DNA of 46,039 nucleotides, the filler included, from Catajapyx aquilonaris (Eukaryota), in the NCBI GenBank assembly GCA_000934665.2. It is 2 parts of 2 records of this genome, joined end to end, with 100 filler letters (N's around TTAATTAATTAA, not from the genome) between each part and the next. Parts side by side here need not be neighbours in the genome. Positions count along the whole stretch, not along the records: positions 1 to 22,922 come from JYFJ02005814.1; 1 more part is not named here. The stretch is one strand, 5' to 3'. The position numbers were made by a program, and so were the translations under genes. Shown here piece by piece: positions 1 to 14,150 of this stretch. The notes under the pieces were generated by a model that was not told the DNA's origin, did no database searches, and saw nothing but the letters and a program-made list of their open reading frames with translations. How positions within the stretch are numbered: the first letter of the stretch is position 1; the number at the start of each line of letters is the position of its first letter.

Positions 1-206
1 GCCCCCAGTGACATTCACTCCTTCCAGGTGACACTTCTCGAGTGGATTTGTATTCACGAAAAGCTAAACGACTGCCATGCATGTGCCAAGTGTATGCGCA
101 CAATGCGGAGCCAATACCTGTCGTAGCTATACGGCCGTCGCTTTGCTACAAAACTGTAAGCGAGCTATACTGTACAAAGCATTTATAAAATCGTAGAATT
201 GGATTT

Positions 207-645
207 GTGCCTCTGTTTGTCCAGGGTAAGTCATCAGCTATATCTGAGTTATGTACGAGCACAACCAAGTGCTCACCCACACTTGCGCAAGGTCATTAGT
301 TGCCACAGTTGCTCCTCGGCTCCTCGGGGGTCGAATTCACACCAGTAACCTCTAAGATTCGTTCCAGAGCTTTGCCAACGTCGCAAAAGTCGGCCATATT
401 GTTACCAGCTCAAGCGTAGTGTTGGAAACAATTTTGCGCGAACTGTGTTCAGCACTCGGTTGCTCTCATTTAAAAGATTCATGCATGTACAGTAAAGGCT
501 CGATATAACGCTCTTCAATGGACCGCCCAAAAGTAGCGTTATAAGCGGGATAGATCTATATGGAGGTTTTACTGTAGTACCATTACATCTCGCACTACTG
601 AGAGTGGCAGCAGTGTGCTGAGAGGGGGAATGCGCCATTTGTGGA
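207..645 (+). mobile_element. Nested non-autonomous repeat complex: family B interrupted by TIR family A (255-469) and a TA-flanked MITE (490-574)
   Basis: The B-left segment GTGCCTCTGTTTGTCCAGGGTAAGTCATCAG and the B-right segment GAGAGTGGCAGCAGTGTG...GCGCCATTTGTGGAC are contiguous in the uninterrupted copy at about 15981-16115. Here two inserts separate them. Confidence 0.7.
490..574. mobile_element. Tc1/mariner (pogo/Tigger-like) MITE
   Basis: TA|CAGTAAAGGCTCGATATA...TATATGGAGGTTTTACTG|TA: imperfect TIRs starting with CAGT and a TA target duplication. A related copy lies at about 39173-39268. Confidence 0.75.
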
Positions 646-699
646 CATTTTTGTCCAGTTTTGGCAATATTGCATTGGATAGAACTTTCGTCCCACTGA

Positions 700-766
700 T
701 AGTTACTGCTAACTTAGCAGTAGCCTACCATTGTTGGCAATGGTACTGCTAAGTTAGCAGTAACTA
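700..766. repeat. Inverted repeat (23-bp perfect arms) with an inner palindrome
   Basis: TAGTTACTGCTAACTTAGCAGTA (700-722) and its reverse complement TACTGCTAAGTTAGCAGTAACTA (744-766). Confidence 0.85.
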
Positions 767-811
767 AAAATTGCACCTATTATCTTTGGTTCACATGCGA
801 TGCAACCCTTA

Positions 812-962
812 AGGCCATTTCACAAAAAAAATGTCGCGCGGCAAACGGCGCGACTTGCGGCAAATTTTATTGTTGCCAACAATTGGCAACAATAAATATA
901 AATAAAAATTTGCCGAAAGTCGCGCCGTTTGCCGCGCGACATTTTTTTTGGTGAAATGGCCT
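812..962. mobile_element. PIF/Harbinger-type MITE 1 (almost fully palindromic)
   Basis: TTA|AGGCCATTTCAC...GTGAAATGGCCT|TTA, with a long inverted repeat (AAAATGTCGCGCGGCAAACGGCGCGACT / AGTCGCGCCGTTTGCCGCGCGACATTTT). A 3-bp TTA target duplication is typical of PIF/Harbinger. Confidence 0.85.
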
Positions 963-965
963 TTA

Positions 966-1140
966 AGGCCCATTCACACAGGCCGTCGACGGTTTTGGTT
1001 TTTGGGCTCGTTGACGCCGTGGACCAATCAGAACGGGCCCTCACGTAAACAACGCGTCATGGTTACCGTGAGGGCCCACTCTGATTGGTCCAAAACCAAA
1101 ACCAAAACCAAAACCGTCGACGGCCTGTGTGAATGGGCCT
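966..1140. mobile_element. PIF/Harbinger-type MITE 2
   Basis: TTA|AGGCCCATTCACACAGGCCGTCGACGGTTTTGGTTTT...AAAACCAAAACCGTCGACGGCCTGTGTGAATGGGCCT|TTA: perfect long TIRs plus an inner hairpin GGACCAATCAGA..TCTGATTGGTCC. Confidence 0.87.
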
Positions 1141-1323
1141 TTATGCAACTGTAATCCTAATAATCTTCATTAATCTCAAGTACCTTACGTCTACAGTTGT
1201 AGATAGCACAATCTTGTTGCACTTCAGATACTGTGCTGTAGTGTACCGACCCAATGAAGGTCACTTCACACTTTTGAAGTAATTAGTGTTGCAGTGACAA
1301 GTGTCTCACAGTCAGACCTAATT

Positions 1324-4041
<2,718 letters not shown>

Positions 4042-4062
4042 GAATGAAGTGTAATCTTCCTG

Positions 4063-4068
4063 AATAAA
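4063..4068 (+). terminator. Polyadenylation signal of the cathepsin gene
   Basis: AATAAA about 20 nt after the TGA stop codon. Confidence 0.75.
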
Positions 4069-6236
4069 AAGTCAAGCTGCTCAGCATCATGACCTCTGAC
4101 ATGTTCAACATGTTGAAACTTCTATGTACGTATTCCCGTACGGTACTTTACGTATTCTCGTATCATAATATCCTGTAGCGAAAAGCAGTGTACATACTTT
4201 GAGTTAAACAATATCTGACTGCATAATTAATTTCGCACTGTACTGCATTTACCCTCTTTGACATGTATAAGTTAAATGTTTTCGCAAAACAATCAAAGCA
4301 CACAAAACAATTTTTAGATCACAACTTCAAGATTTATGATGTTTTTTTGCAAAGATATGGCTGCATGTAGGCTACTACAGGTACAGTAATATTTTTGACC
4401 AACTTTAGCGTTTACGTCCGATGTTGTCAAGGTGTCTTAGTTTTAATTCAGGAACAACAGCCTCGCACCCGCTACAAGAAAATTACCCAAACTTTTTACG
4501 GTTAATTGCAGCGGCTTAAAAAATTGAAATTCCGTCCCCTCCTCTTTTTATTGCAACCGCTTTGCATAGCAATCCAGGGCTCAAATGGTGGAGAAAACAG
4601 AACCTCCGAAAGTAACAGACAAACATTCTTCGTCTCCACCCCCTCCTTTCAGCCCAAAACGGTGGCCCGTAAATTTACGAAGGCGTCCTATACGCACCCC
4701 CTGAATCCTCTTTATTGCACCCGTGTGGAAGCTGGGTCGGAATTTCGGTCGTCTCTTGGCATCCCGCGACGAGTCAAATGACATGTCGACCCTTCAAATT
4801 ACTACCCAGACATGTCCTCCTTTCCCCTCTCCTCCATCTCAACCCCTTGAGAAACAAGAAAGGGAAGGGTTTAGAAACCTGTGTCAACATCGAGCAAGAG
4901 TTTAGATGGAGCCGGACGCCATTTGGAATCTTAGCCCTTGCCACTGGTCTTACAATAATATTTGCTTACTCCCCAAAAAGTCTCCAGGCTCCGGATTGTA
5001 AAGTCTGTCCGGCTCCCGGACTTCTTTTTTTTATCTATACGACATATAAAAAGTTCTCTTTGCAGATCTCATGTCCAATCCTAACATGATGCTCAGAGAA
5101 CTACGAGGATCTCTCAAAAAAATCTCCTTTTCTGCTTTCCAGAGTCTCTTTTGGGGTTCTTGGAAGGTTTTTTTAGAAGCTACTTGAAAGATCAAGATGT
5201 ATCGATTACTGGGCTTCGAACAAAATGGTTCAGAAAAAGATGGAGGTCGTGTGTCATACTTCAAGTATGGATGTTTTGGATTGGATAAATATGGCCGTTT
5301 CATAATGTTTGTGGAGACGAAAACAGTAACGACAGCATAAATTATTCAGGTCGTTAATTGCAGTAATAGGCACATTGAAACTGGTGGATCCATCTATCGT
5401 GTAAGTAGCACACAAAACATGAAACCCGTGACTTGCATATATGTCATACCACCCATTGACGGCACTGTCGACGGTCGGTTGAGCAATGTTCTCACCAGAC
5501 AGACCAATGAATATTTCATGCGGGTTGCTCACCAGGTTAATACTCCAGCTAATTTTTTTTCCATCCACGAATAGCCCCAAACACACTCGTACTATTCATC
5601 ACTACGATCCGCTGAGCTAAAACCCTCCCATGCAAATCATGAATCTAAAAAATTTACAAAAAATCGCAGTGGAAAATGTCGGATGGAAAAGAAAAGGAAG
5701 CTCATGCGAACCAGAAAAAAAAGAGGTTCTGGAACAAAAGGTCTCACTGGAAATCAGAGGTTCATCTTATATGCCACGACTCACATTACAATCTGACTAC
5801 AGCTTTATAGCCCTATAAAAGAGGGCCAGAGCAGTTCCTGACCGAATTACCGGCTCTACCCTTTTCACGAATCCTTTGCCGTACAATTTCCTCTAATTTG
5901 GTTAACATGCTTGACGGTACGGGGGGAGAGAAAAAAAAAGTCGGAAGCCACCAATGGGAGGGGGAGACTTATATTGCACTGCACCAGACGCGAATTTCAT
6001 TTTGCGAATTTTTTGGGTGCGGATGAGAACAAATATTTCAAAATATCTGGACCGTGTGGAAACTGGAGAGCTCATCTGGGCAAAGCAAACTGCCCATGGA
6101 CAGAAGTGGACTACTTTTTAAAAGAAGAATGGATCTAAGACAATCGCGGAATGAAAAAAAAATGCACTCGCATCATTGTTGATGAACAATATTACGAAAA
6201 GAAATTTTTGCTTAAAGCAATAGGTTACTTACTCAC

Positions 6237-6280
6237 CATAGGTACATCCATCATCTGACATATCACCATAGTGTCCTTAC
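6237..6280 (-). other. Candidate 44-nt exon or recursive-splice cryptic exon of an unidentified minus-strand gene
   Basis: The minus strand reads CTAACTAATGATTGTTGTTTTGCATTGCAG|GTAAGGACAC...GTACCTATG|GTGAGTAAG: branch point, U-rich tract, AG immediately followed by GTAAG, and a second consensus donor 44 nt on. Confidence 0.5.
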
Positions 6281-7729
6281 CTGCAATGCAAAACAACAAT
6301 CATTAGTTAGGAGCCCAATTATTGTAAGCAGTGAAACACAACAATTTAAAAATTGGTGCAACATGCGTGCAAAGTAGGCGCGATTTATCAACGTTTCATT
6401 GCAAGTGTCGCAGTAATTTTTATGTACAGAAATAAACGTTCAAAAAATTTTAGGCTGGAAAATGTATATTAAATTAGGTTAGGTTATGACAGATTAGCGA
6501 AATTAAACTACACTGGTCATTCATTGTCGTCGATTGTTATTATTTTCAAATGTTTTCTGGCCCTTTTCCAGCTGATAAATCATTTCTGGAATCGATGCAA
6601 CCGGTCCTAAATGTCAAGTATTATTCCTAACAGTTTTAACTACTATAGCCACCACCTTGGACCAACACTCATTGTTCATCAGGTGACTCGGCCGACCTTG
6701 AGCCAATAGCCCAATTTCCATGCAAACAATATCCCCACCAATTACACGCAATGTCCGGAGTGTAAATCTACAGCATAGTTCCTATCACACCCTTCTAAAA
6801 CGTGTCACCGTCGAGTTAGTTAGCCGGGGTGTTTCACACCCACGCAGCCTGAATACCAAAAACGCTTTTTGGAGCCAGAACATTACAATTGAACTCACGT
6901 ACATGACAACAACCTTATTCATAAGCCCTCAATTGCAAGGGAGGTCCACTCTCTTATTATTGCGACTCATCTTCAAAAGACCGAGGACCTCCCGCTTACA
7001 TCATCCACTCTCATCACTTTTATCGATGAGGAGGCATCAATTCTAATCAAGTTTACAACTAGCTCTCAATTCACCTTCTTTATTTTTATGAGCATAACTC
7101 TTTTTAAACTGCCGGAGGGGTGAAAGACACGCAATGTTTCCTATTAGGTTACTTTGGACAACCTCATTTTCATCGGATAACGGTTACATTTTTTTGGCAT
7201 CAAGAAGCTTTTTAGAGGTACTCAGAAAGAGTCGGAAGAGTAAAAGAGAATAGAAACCAATAGTTCGCGAAATTAAAAAAGAAAGTTGGAAGATTAAAAG
7301 TGCAACCTGCTCTTTTCAGCTGAATTCAAAAATTGCAGCTATGGCAAAGAAATATTCACAAAAATATTCGTAGGCAAGAAATAAAATATTCTCAATACTA
7401 AAAGTTGGGTGTTCTTGTCAACTTTTCCCAACGCTCCTCAATTATGCGTGCAGCCCACAAGCAAGATCCCTTACGATACTGTAACATGGCATGGTGTGAG
7501 TCACACCTGAAATATGCACGCCCCTCACCGCCGGTTATTCACGGCCAGTGCACGTAGGATTTGTATTAATAACAACCGCTTTAAAAATAGCAAAGCCAGG
7601 GCTTGTAAATAAGTCGCATCTAAAAAACCTATAATGGCAACCTCGCATGTATAAAATTGAACTGTGCTATAGAATTGGCTCCAGTCAGTGCCTCTGTTTG
7701 TCTGGAATGTATATGTAGATGAATATTAT

Positions 7730-8011
7730 GCGAGCGCAACCGACTGCACACCCACACTCGCGCAGCTGTTCTGACAACAACGTTGTCACAGTTACTCCCT
7801 TTGGGCAAAAACATAATTCACATCAGTAGTTCTGAGGTTCCTTCCAGAGTTTTGGCAACGTCGCAAACGTCGGCCATTTTGTATCTCCTCAAGAGTAGCG
7901 TTGGAAATAAGGGCAGCGCAGAACTTCCACTCTACAGAGCTTACCAACTGTTATTGATATTGCCAACCATGCACGCTGCGCGAACTGTTGTGCGCACTCT
8001 GTTGCGTTCGT
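7730..8011 (+). mobile_element. TIR family A non-autonomous element, full-length copy inside family B
   Basis: Termini CGAGCGCAACCGACTGCACAC ... GTGCGCACTCTGTTGCGTTCGT. The internal GCAACGTCGCAAACGTCGGCCAT and GTAGCGTTGGAAATA are shared with copies at 255-469, 8893-9428 (reverse) and 13896-14150. Confidence 0.75.
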
Positions 8012-8068
8012 TAAACAATTCATTTATACGTAGTACCACCGTGAGAGTGGCACAGTGTACCATCTATA

Positions 8069-8352
8069 GCCGGCCTTGGTGGACTAGGGGTTAGCGCGCT
8101 CGCCTCTGGTCGTAAGGTTGTGGGTTTCGAATCCGGCCGAGGTCGGTGACTTTTCTCAGGGTGGTAAAAAAGTGAGAGTGCGCCTTCCTTCGGAGGGGAA
8201 GTAAAGCAGTCGGTCCCGTGTGCTTGTGACATTGCGCGAGTGCACGTTAAAGATCCCTAGAGTGGCCAAATTTCCAGGAGGAGGACCACCCCCTGGCGTC
8301 GGTGTTGAGCCTTAGATGCAGAAATAGGCCGACGTTAAGCCCCACTGAACCC
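8069..8352 (+). mobile_element. tRNA-derived SINE with a Nin/Deu-like central domain
   Basis: Pol III box A TGGACTAGGGG (8080-8090) and box B GTTTCGAATCC (8124-8134). Central CCTTCGGAGGGGAAGTAAAGC..GGTCCC and GCACGTTAAAGATCCC; 3' GACGTTAAGCCCCA. Flanked by the direct repeat GTACCATCTAT (8057-8067 / 8361-8371). Confidence 0.85.
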
Positions 8353-8892
8353 AGTGTACAGTACCATCTATGTGAGAGATATGGTACTACAGGGACAGGT
8401 GATTAAACATTGGGCTGAAGTTCTGACACATACTGTACCTCTGTCCACTTTTTTTTCCAAAAAATTTCCTCATTCGTTACACTCATCCGCAAATAAGTGA
8501 TCCATTTTTTTTTTTTAAGACGTGGATAAGAATCAGCAGGAAAAGTCTACCCGGGCGCCAAAGGGACCAAGCAAAGGTGATAGATTACAAGCCGGCTGCT
8601 CATAATGCACAACACGAGAAGCCACGCCTTCTTTCCTTATCTCTATAGTTGGGGATTTTCGAGTGGAAGGGTAGACCCAATAAGGAGGGCAAAAGTCAAT
8701 GACAAATGCGCGCCCGTTCATAGTATCAGATTTTCATACCCATGTCCGCAGCAACGGGATTTGCGACCTGCTAATATGCTAATTTGGCCACCTCACCCAC
8801 TCCTCTTCTGCAAAGCGCAGAAAGTTATCTAGGAAGGTTTGTAGATAACGTAACAATTAGGCGAGGGCAAAAATATAGCAACTTTTTTTTTC

Positions 8893-9428
8893 ACGAGTGC
8901 AACCTAGTGCGCACCACTGTTCGCACAGTTTGCACGGTTGGCATTATAAATGATGTTTGGTAAGTTCTCTGTATAGTGGTGGTACTGGTAATAAGCTCTG
9001 CGCGTATTTCCAACGCTACGCTTGGGGAAACAAAATGGCTGACGTTTGCGAAGTTGCCAATAAGGCTATGGAACGAACCTCAGAGGCTACGGACCATGTA
9101 AAATATTAATATTTAAATAAAAATAATTAATAAATAATTAAAATAAAATAATTTTAAATAATGAAATAAAATAATTTAACAAAAATTAAATGAAATTATA
9201 TTAGAAATAACAAAATAAACATAATAAAACCTAAATATATTAAATGAAATTATATTAGAAATAACAAAATAAACATAATAAAAGCTAAATATATTAAATT
9301 AAATTATTAATAATAAAATACGGTACGTAACCAAAATTATTTGGCCCCTGGGAAGTAACTCTGACAACCTAGTTGTTGTCACAACAGAGGAGCTGCGCGA
9401 GTGAGGGTGCGCACTCGGTTGCGCTCGT
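8893..9428 (-). mobile_element. TIR family A element (reverse) with an internal AT-rich insertion
   Basis: Ends ACGAGTGCAACCTAGTGCGCAC and GTGCGCACTCGGTTGCGCTCGT. It is the reverse-complement match to 7730-8011, interrupted by an A/T tract at about 9098-9320. Confidence 0.75.
9186..9298. repeat. 54-bp tandem duplication within an AT-rich tract
   Basis: TTAAATGAAATTATATTAGAAATAACAAAATAAACATAATAAAA(C/G)CTAAATATA twice. Confidence 0.85.
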
Positions 9429-10336
9429 AAAAAATCACCTATAGTTGATTGGAGATGATGACTCACGCCAGACAAACAAAGGCCCCTTCTCATGTCAATT
9501 CTACGTGACACAATCATAAATCACTGCTAATGTGGGTAACAGTTACCAGAAAATGAACAAATCGCTGATATTTTTGAGCGGCAGTATCACCGATAGCCGT
9601 AAGCCAAAAAACACCATGTTGGCCCCCATATTATGCCCCAGCAAGCTCCGGTTGCCCGTGTCATACAGGCCGCGTTATTGTTGCATCGTTCGATAAAACC
9701 GATATTACATCTGGTTAGCACTAACAGGTATGAATATGAAAACGCATCAAAGGTTATATTGCAGGCCTGGAGGCTTTGCTGGAAAAATATGACATCCCCC
9801 CACTCCCTCCCTCCCTCCCTCCATACCGTAAATAAAAAAAATCTCGTGCGTGCAGCATATAGATCAAAGTCATATCGGTTGGGAAGGGAAGACTTTTTAA
9901 GGCATCTTTCGATCTTGCTTCTGACAAGGAAGCTGCGGTGAAAAAAGGTGCCGACACTTCGATCCGGATCCACGAGATGCCTCCCAATTTTGGTGGGTCT
10001 GGGGGAGTTGGGTGTGATAGGGGAAGGAGGAAAATGTCCAACCCTGTACCTTTCCAGCCCGGGAACATCCCTCCCCTTTTCTCCGGCGATAAATTACTTG
10101 AGATGAGGAAGGATCACACTTTGCCAAAGGGAGGGAAGCTGCCTATTGGGCCATTCGAGGGATCACGATGCGAGCTGCGGAATCTGCCAGGAAATAGTTA
10201 TGTGGGTTGGAGTTGAGATGGTGGTCCACATAAACTATTTTCGACTCTTAGACCACTTTTCTTAAAAGGGTTGTTTCTCCTGTCTTCTCCTAAGCCTTTG
10301 TTGTCAGGTTCTCTACACAATTCACTCGAACTGGCC

Positions 10337-10420
10337 ACGTAGTACCATACCCCTCATATAGATGGCACACACTACTGCCACGCACCAGTGATGACTCACC
10401 CTGGACAAACAGAGACACAA
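10337..10420 (-). mobile_element. Repeat family B, short reverse copy
   Basis: GATGACTCACCCTGGACAAACAGAGACAC is the reverse complement of the B-left segment. AGATGGCACACACTACTGCCAC matches B-right. Confidence 0.65.
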
Positions 10421-10574
10421 ACAATGATTCCAGACGGAAACTAACAAAACTTTGACTTCTAAGTAACGCAATTTAATCTATAATATTAAAATCCTATTCA
10501 CGATGTTTGGTTAAGCCTTCTGATTGGTCCGCCCCATATTGCTACCTCAAATCTTTCGATTGGCTCCCTCACAC

Positions 10575-10627
10575 AACAATATGAGTAAACAGTGTACCTT
10601 TCATTGACACTGTTTACTCATATTGTT
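10575..10627. repeat. Perfect hairpin, 21-bp stem with 11-nt loop
   Basis: AACAATATGAGTAAACAGTGT-ACCTTTCATTG-ACACTGTTTACTCATATTGTT. Confidence 0.9.
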
Positions 10628-12914
10628 ATACCTGAAGAGGGGGAGGTTCCAGAAGCGACTCACAATACGGTCTTCACCCCAACCCGCAAGCCTAGAAAAA
10701 TGCGACAGAAGCGAAGGTTTTTGTAGTTTAACTTTTAAATCGCTAAGGTGGCCTGTGATAAATATAATTAGTATCATTATATAACTTGTATAGTGAAACC
10801 AGTACGGAGCTGTACTTACTCTTGGGTACTGCATAAGTGCAAAAATAATGCTTTAATGCCGGCTCAGTTATTTATATTAATCCTGCGCGTTCCAGTGTAA
10901 CTGACGCAAAATTTATAAACTTTCACGTTTCCAGGAAAAAAGAAAAAGCAACAGAATTTCTCTAAAAATACAGACGTTCTGAATTTGATTATATCCATTT
11001 CCGGGAACTATGCTTTGCAATTTTTTTAAATACATATTTTTTAAATAGTCCTGTCAGGATGGTGACTGTTGTATTTTCGTTTTGTGACATATTTGCATCT
11101 CTAAATTGTGTGAAGGAAAATATTATACATACATTTTCTTTAAAATTAGTTCTAACCAAGTTCATTGCACATATATGATTCACACCAGTACTGATTGGAC
11201 ACGATATTACTGTGGTTATATTCTACAAAAATATAGTGTGGCAGCTCTATTTTTGTAACACACGTTAAATTTAGCGTATCAATGTCCAAATCAGCCAAAG
11301 TGTAATTTTTTTTCTATTCTCCCAACAACAATTCTCTCTTTCTCTCTGGTAGTTTTATATAGAGCCCGCCTGGGCCTCGCCCCCACCACTTCCCCCCATT
11401 GATTATAGAGCAACGCACGGGGTAAAACGCTGGCAAGCCTTAAAAATTCATACCATGACTGACTCTAACCTGGGAACTACTGCTCGTTGTTTCACAGCCC
11501 CGGTAAATAATTCTCCAGGCCCCCACACTTCATTCCTGAGTCTGGGAAATGGTCGATATCTCATCTGACACCAAGCAAAGGGGGGGCAGCCCTTTCATTT
11601 ATTGCGCCAACCCAGATTGCAGGCCCAACACTGCAAACACTCACTATATACACTCGGACACTAATTGCTGCCAACTATAACTTGCTAGCTTTTAATAGTC
11701 AGTGATCATGCCAGATTTATGTTTGTTACAAGTCACAGAAGTTGGACGCAAAGTAGTGTTCAACAGACTCGATGTCTAAAGAGAAGATTTGCCAATATTG
11801 TTACTGCTTCCTCCAATAGTGAGGTTCAAACTGTGAAATAATTTCTACACTGTTGTAAATGAAGGATATATTAAGATTCCGTTGGTCAGATTATTGTTTT
11901 AAATCATTCCGTTCAGTTGCTGGTGAAACATTAATGTGTCCGTTGGGAAAGTACACTTACGTAACAGACGCAAACTAATGAATTTAGTATGACTCGTCTG
12001 TGTCACTGATTATTGTGTTTACTGCATTGTACTGTACATGGGAGGGTTAGCCAATATCGTTGGTTTTCTCTCGATGCTGGAGTTTAAGCAATGTTTTTCA
12101 GACGTCTTATGCCCGAGATTGTTTCACTTGGTCGGATTCTGCGTTTATCCGGGCTCTAATAGTTAATTTGGTTCAATTACATAAGCTATAATATGAATCC
12201 AATGAAAATTGCACTTTATGTCATTTCAATTGAAGTAAGACTAATGAATGTTTGATCTTTTCACTTTCTAAGTAGGCTCCACTAATTACTTTATCGAACG
12301 AGGTTCACCTTTGATTATATTAAAAATCGTTTCACCCTCAATTTGTAAGTAAAACGTTATCATGTATATTAGAAAAAAGCACTCTTTGTACTACTAGCAG
12401 GCCTAACTGTTTCAAGTAAGCAAACATCGTACATATTTATTTTTGGAGTCTCGTCAGATTTATCTCCAAATCTCAACAGGTTAGCTGAAAGGTGAATTTA
12501 GATGAAAAAGAAATAAAAACAGGAGCATGCGAACTCCAGTATTCATGTTCAGACACCGTCAATTGCATAATTTTGTTGATAATGTCAATTTGTTTATACT
12601 TTAAAACAAAGCACCCCTGCTGTAGGCTACATTCCCTCAAATAGTATTCCGTGCTTCAATTGGGATTCTACCATTCTTGCTTATTCAATTGTTCCAGATG
12701 CATACTCTACACATTCGCGGAATAATTTTCCTCTCAACATTCGCCTACGAAACAAATTTGCATACATCAGCACTACATCTAATTCAATCGTTCATGCACT
12801 ATGTGCACATCAACTTGTACACAAACTAGTTCTCACTCATTTGCATAGGATTCAGGCCCTGTTGTATATTCACGAATCTGAAACATATCAGATACCAGAT
12901 TGTCTACATATTCA

Positions 12915-12940
12915 TTTGTTTGTTTGTTTGTTTGTTTGTT
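12915..12940. repeat. (TTTG)n microsatellite
   Basis: Direct reading. Confidence 0.85.
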
Positions 12941-13895
12941 TTAAACCAAGTGCTCAGGCCAGAAGGTTTCGTCTAAAATATGGCATGATTTTGTGAAGCT
13001 TTACTTCCATATTTCTGTGACTTCGGTAATTTTACGGAGTGGTGCACAATGATTGTATGCACTTCCTCTGGATTCAGGATTCTTGCAAATTTCTTAGAAC
13101 ATATTAATTTTGCAATTAAGGGTATCCCAATGAGTTCAGAACACCTTACAAAATCGGCTAAAACTTGCCGAAAATTAGACCGCATCTGAACCAAGTTCTC
13201 TGACGTCACATTTTCATTGCTTGATATTAACTCCCGATTGGAAAGCATTGCAAGGAGGGTTTTTTTTTCCTCCGGTCTTCTCTCTATATATTTTTCCTTC
13301 TCCTTTTCTTTTTCTCCTCTCTGTTGGAATTGGCACTTCCCCTTTCAGCTGACACCCAAGCGAACCTTTCATCAAATTTGTAGCTTCCTCCAGCTCTTCT
13401 CTTTTCCCTCCGAGTCGCGTGCCAAGAAGACCCAAGAAGAAGAAGAACCCTCTTGTTGCAACCCCCCCCCCTTCTACTTGCCTTCCCAACCTACTGCTGA
13501 CAATACAAACAACTTTCCAAGCTATCCGATGATGGAGAGAAATTACGTTGCCGGTACCAGTCACGTGTCTGTCACAAATGACGACGTACGAGAAGAAGGA
13601 GGAAAAAAAAACCCTTTGCTTTACCTTGACTTGTTACGAATTTTGAGCCGCATCATGACAAGATCTGTGCACGAAGCAAGTCACGAAATTAATTACAGTT
13701 CAGGAAATTTTGACGCTAATTAAGAATCGTAATATGTAACTAACACTAGCACAATTCATACCGGTATCAAAAATTATTTTTAATGTCGGAGTGTGTAGAG
13801 CCTACCCAGTGATTTTTAGAGCAAGTTCAGGCCAGATAAGTTATTATTTTGTCAAAATCAATGAAATGTTTTCTTCAGTACTCTTGATATTTTTT

Positions 13896-14150
13896 ACGAG
13901 CGCAACCGAGTGCGCACCCACACTCGCGCAGCTCCACTGTTCTGACCACAACGTTGCCAAAGTTACTCCCCAACGGCCAAAAACTAATTCACACCCGTAT
14001 AGGCTAAAAAGATCGGGCCAGAGACTTCGCAACGTCGCTAACTTAGGCCATATTGCCCCCCCCCCCAGCGTAGCGTTGGAAATAAGTGCAGCGCAGTAAA
14101 CCCACTATACAGACTTAGCAACTATCATTGATAATGCCAACCGTGCATGC
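13896..14150 (+). mobile_element. TIR family A element, right end missing
   Basis: Starts ACGAGCGCAACCGAGTGCGCACCCACACTCGCGCAGCTCC and is collinear with 7730-7975. Confidence 0.72.

Noticed and set aside
5180..5600. Coding-like stretch (ORF 5254-5586 on minus; + strand fragments faintly like a LINE endonuclease)
   Set aside because: It has multiple stops and no diagnostic motif I can verify. It may be a decayed retroelement and needs BLASTx.
5814..5820. TATAAAA box
   Set aside because: No downstream ORF or spliced exon supports a promoter.
5972..5995. TATTGCAC, a miR-92-like seed
   Set aside because: The rest does not match miR-92 and there is no convincing precursor hairpin.
8069..8150. 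tRNA gene
   Set aside because: The boxes are present, but the sequence continues into a SINE body and is flanked by a target duplication.
10633..10660. Hammerhead ribozyme core (CTGAAGA...)
   Set aside because: No properly placed GAAA or closing stems.
13217..13723. 168-aa ORF, and similar ORFs at 17914-18646, 21433-21657, 25605-26099 and 30645-31339
   Set aside because: Low-complexity, homopolymer-derived translations with no domain similarity or consistent splice sites.
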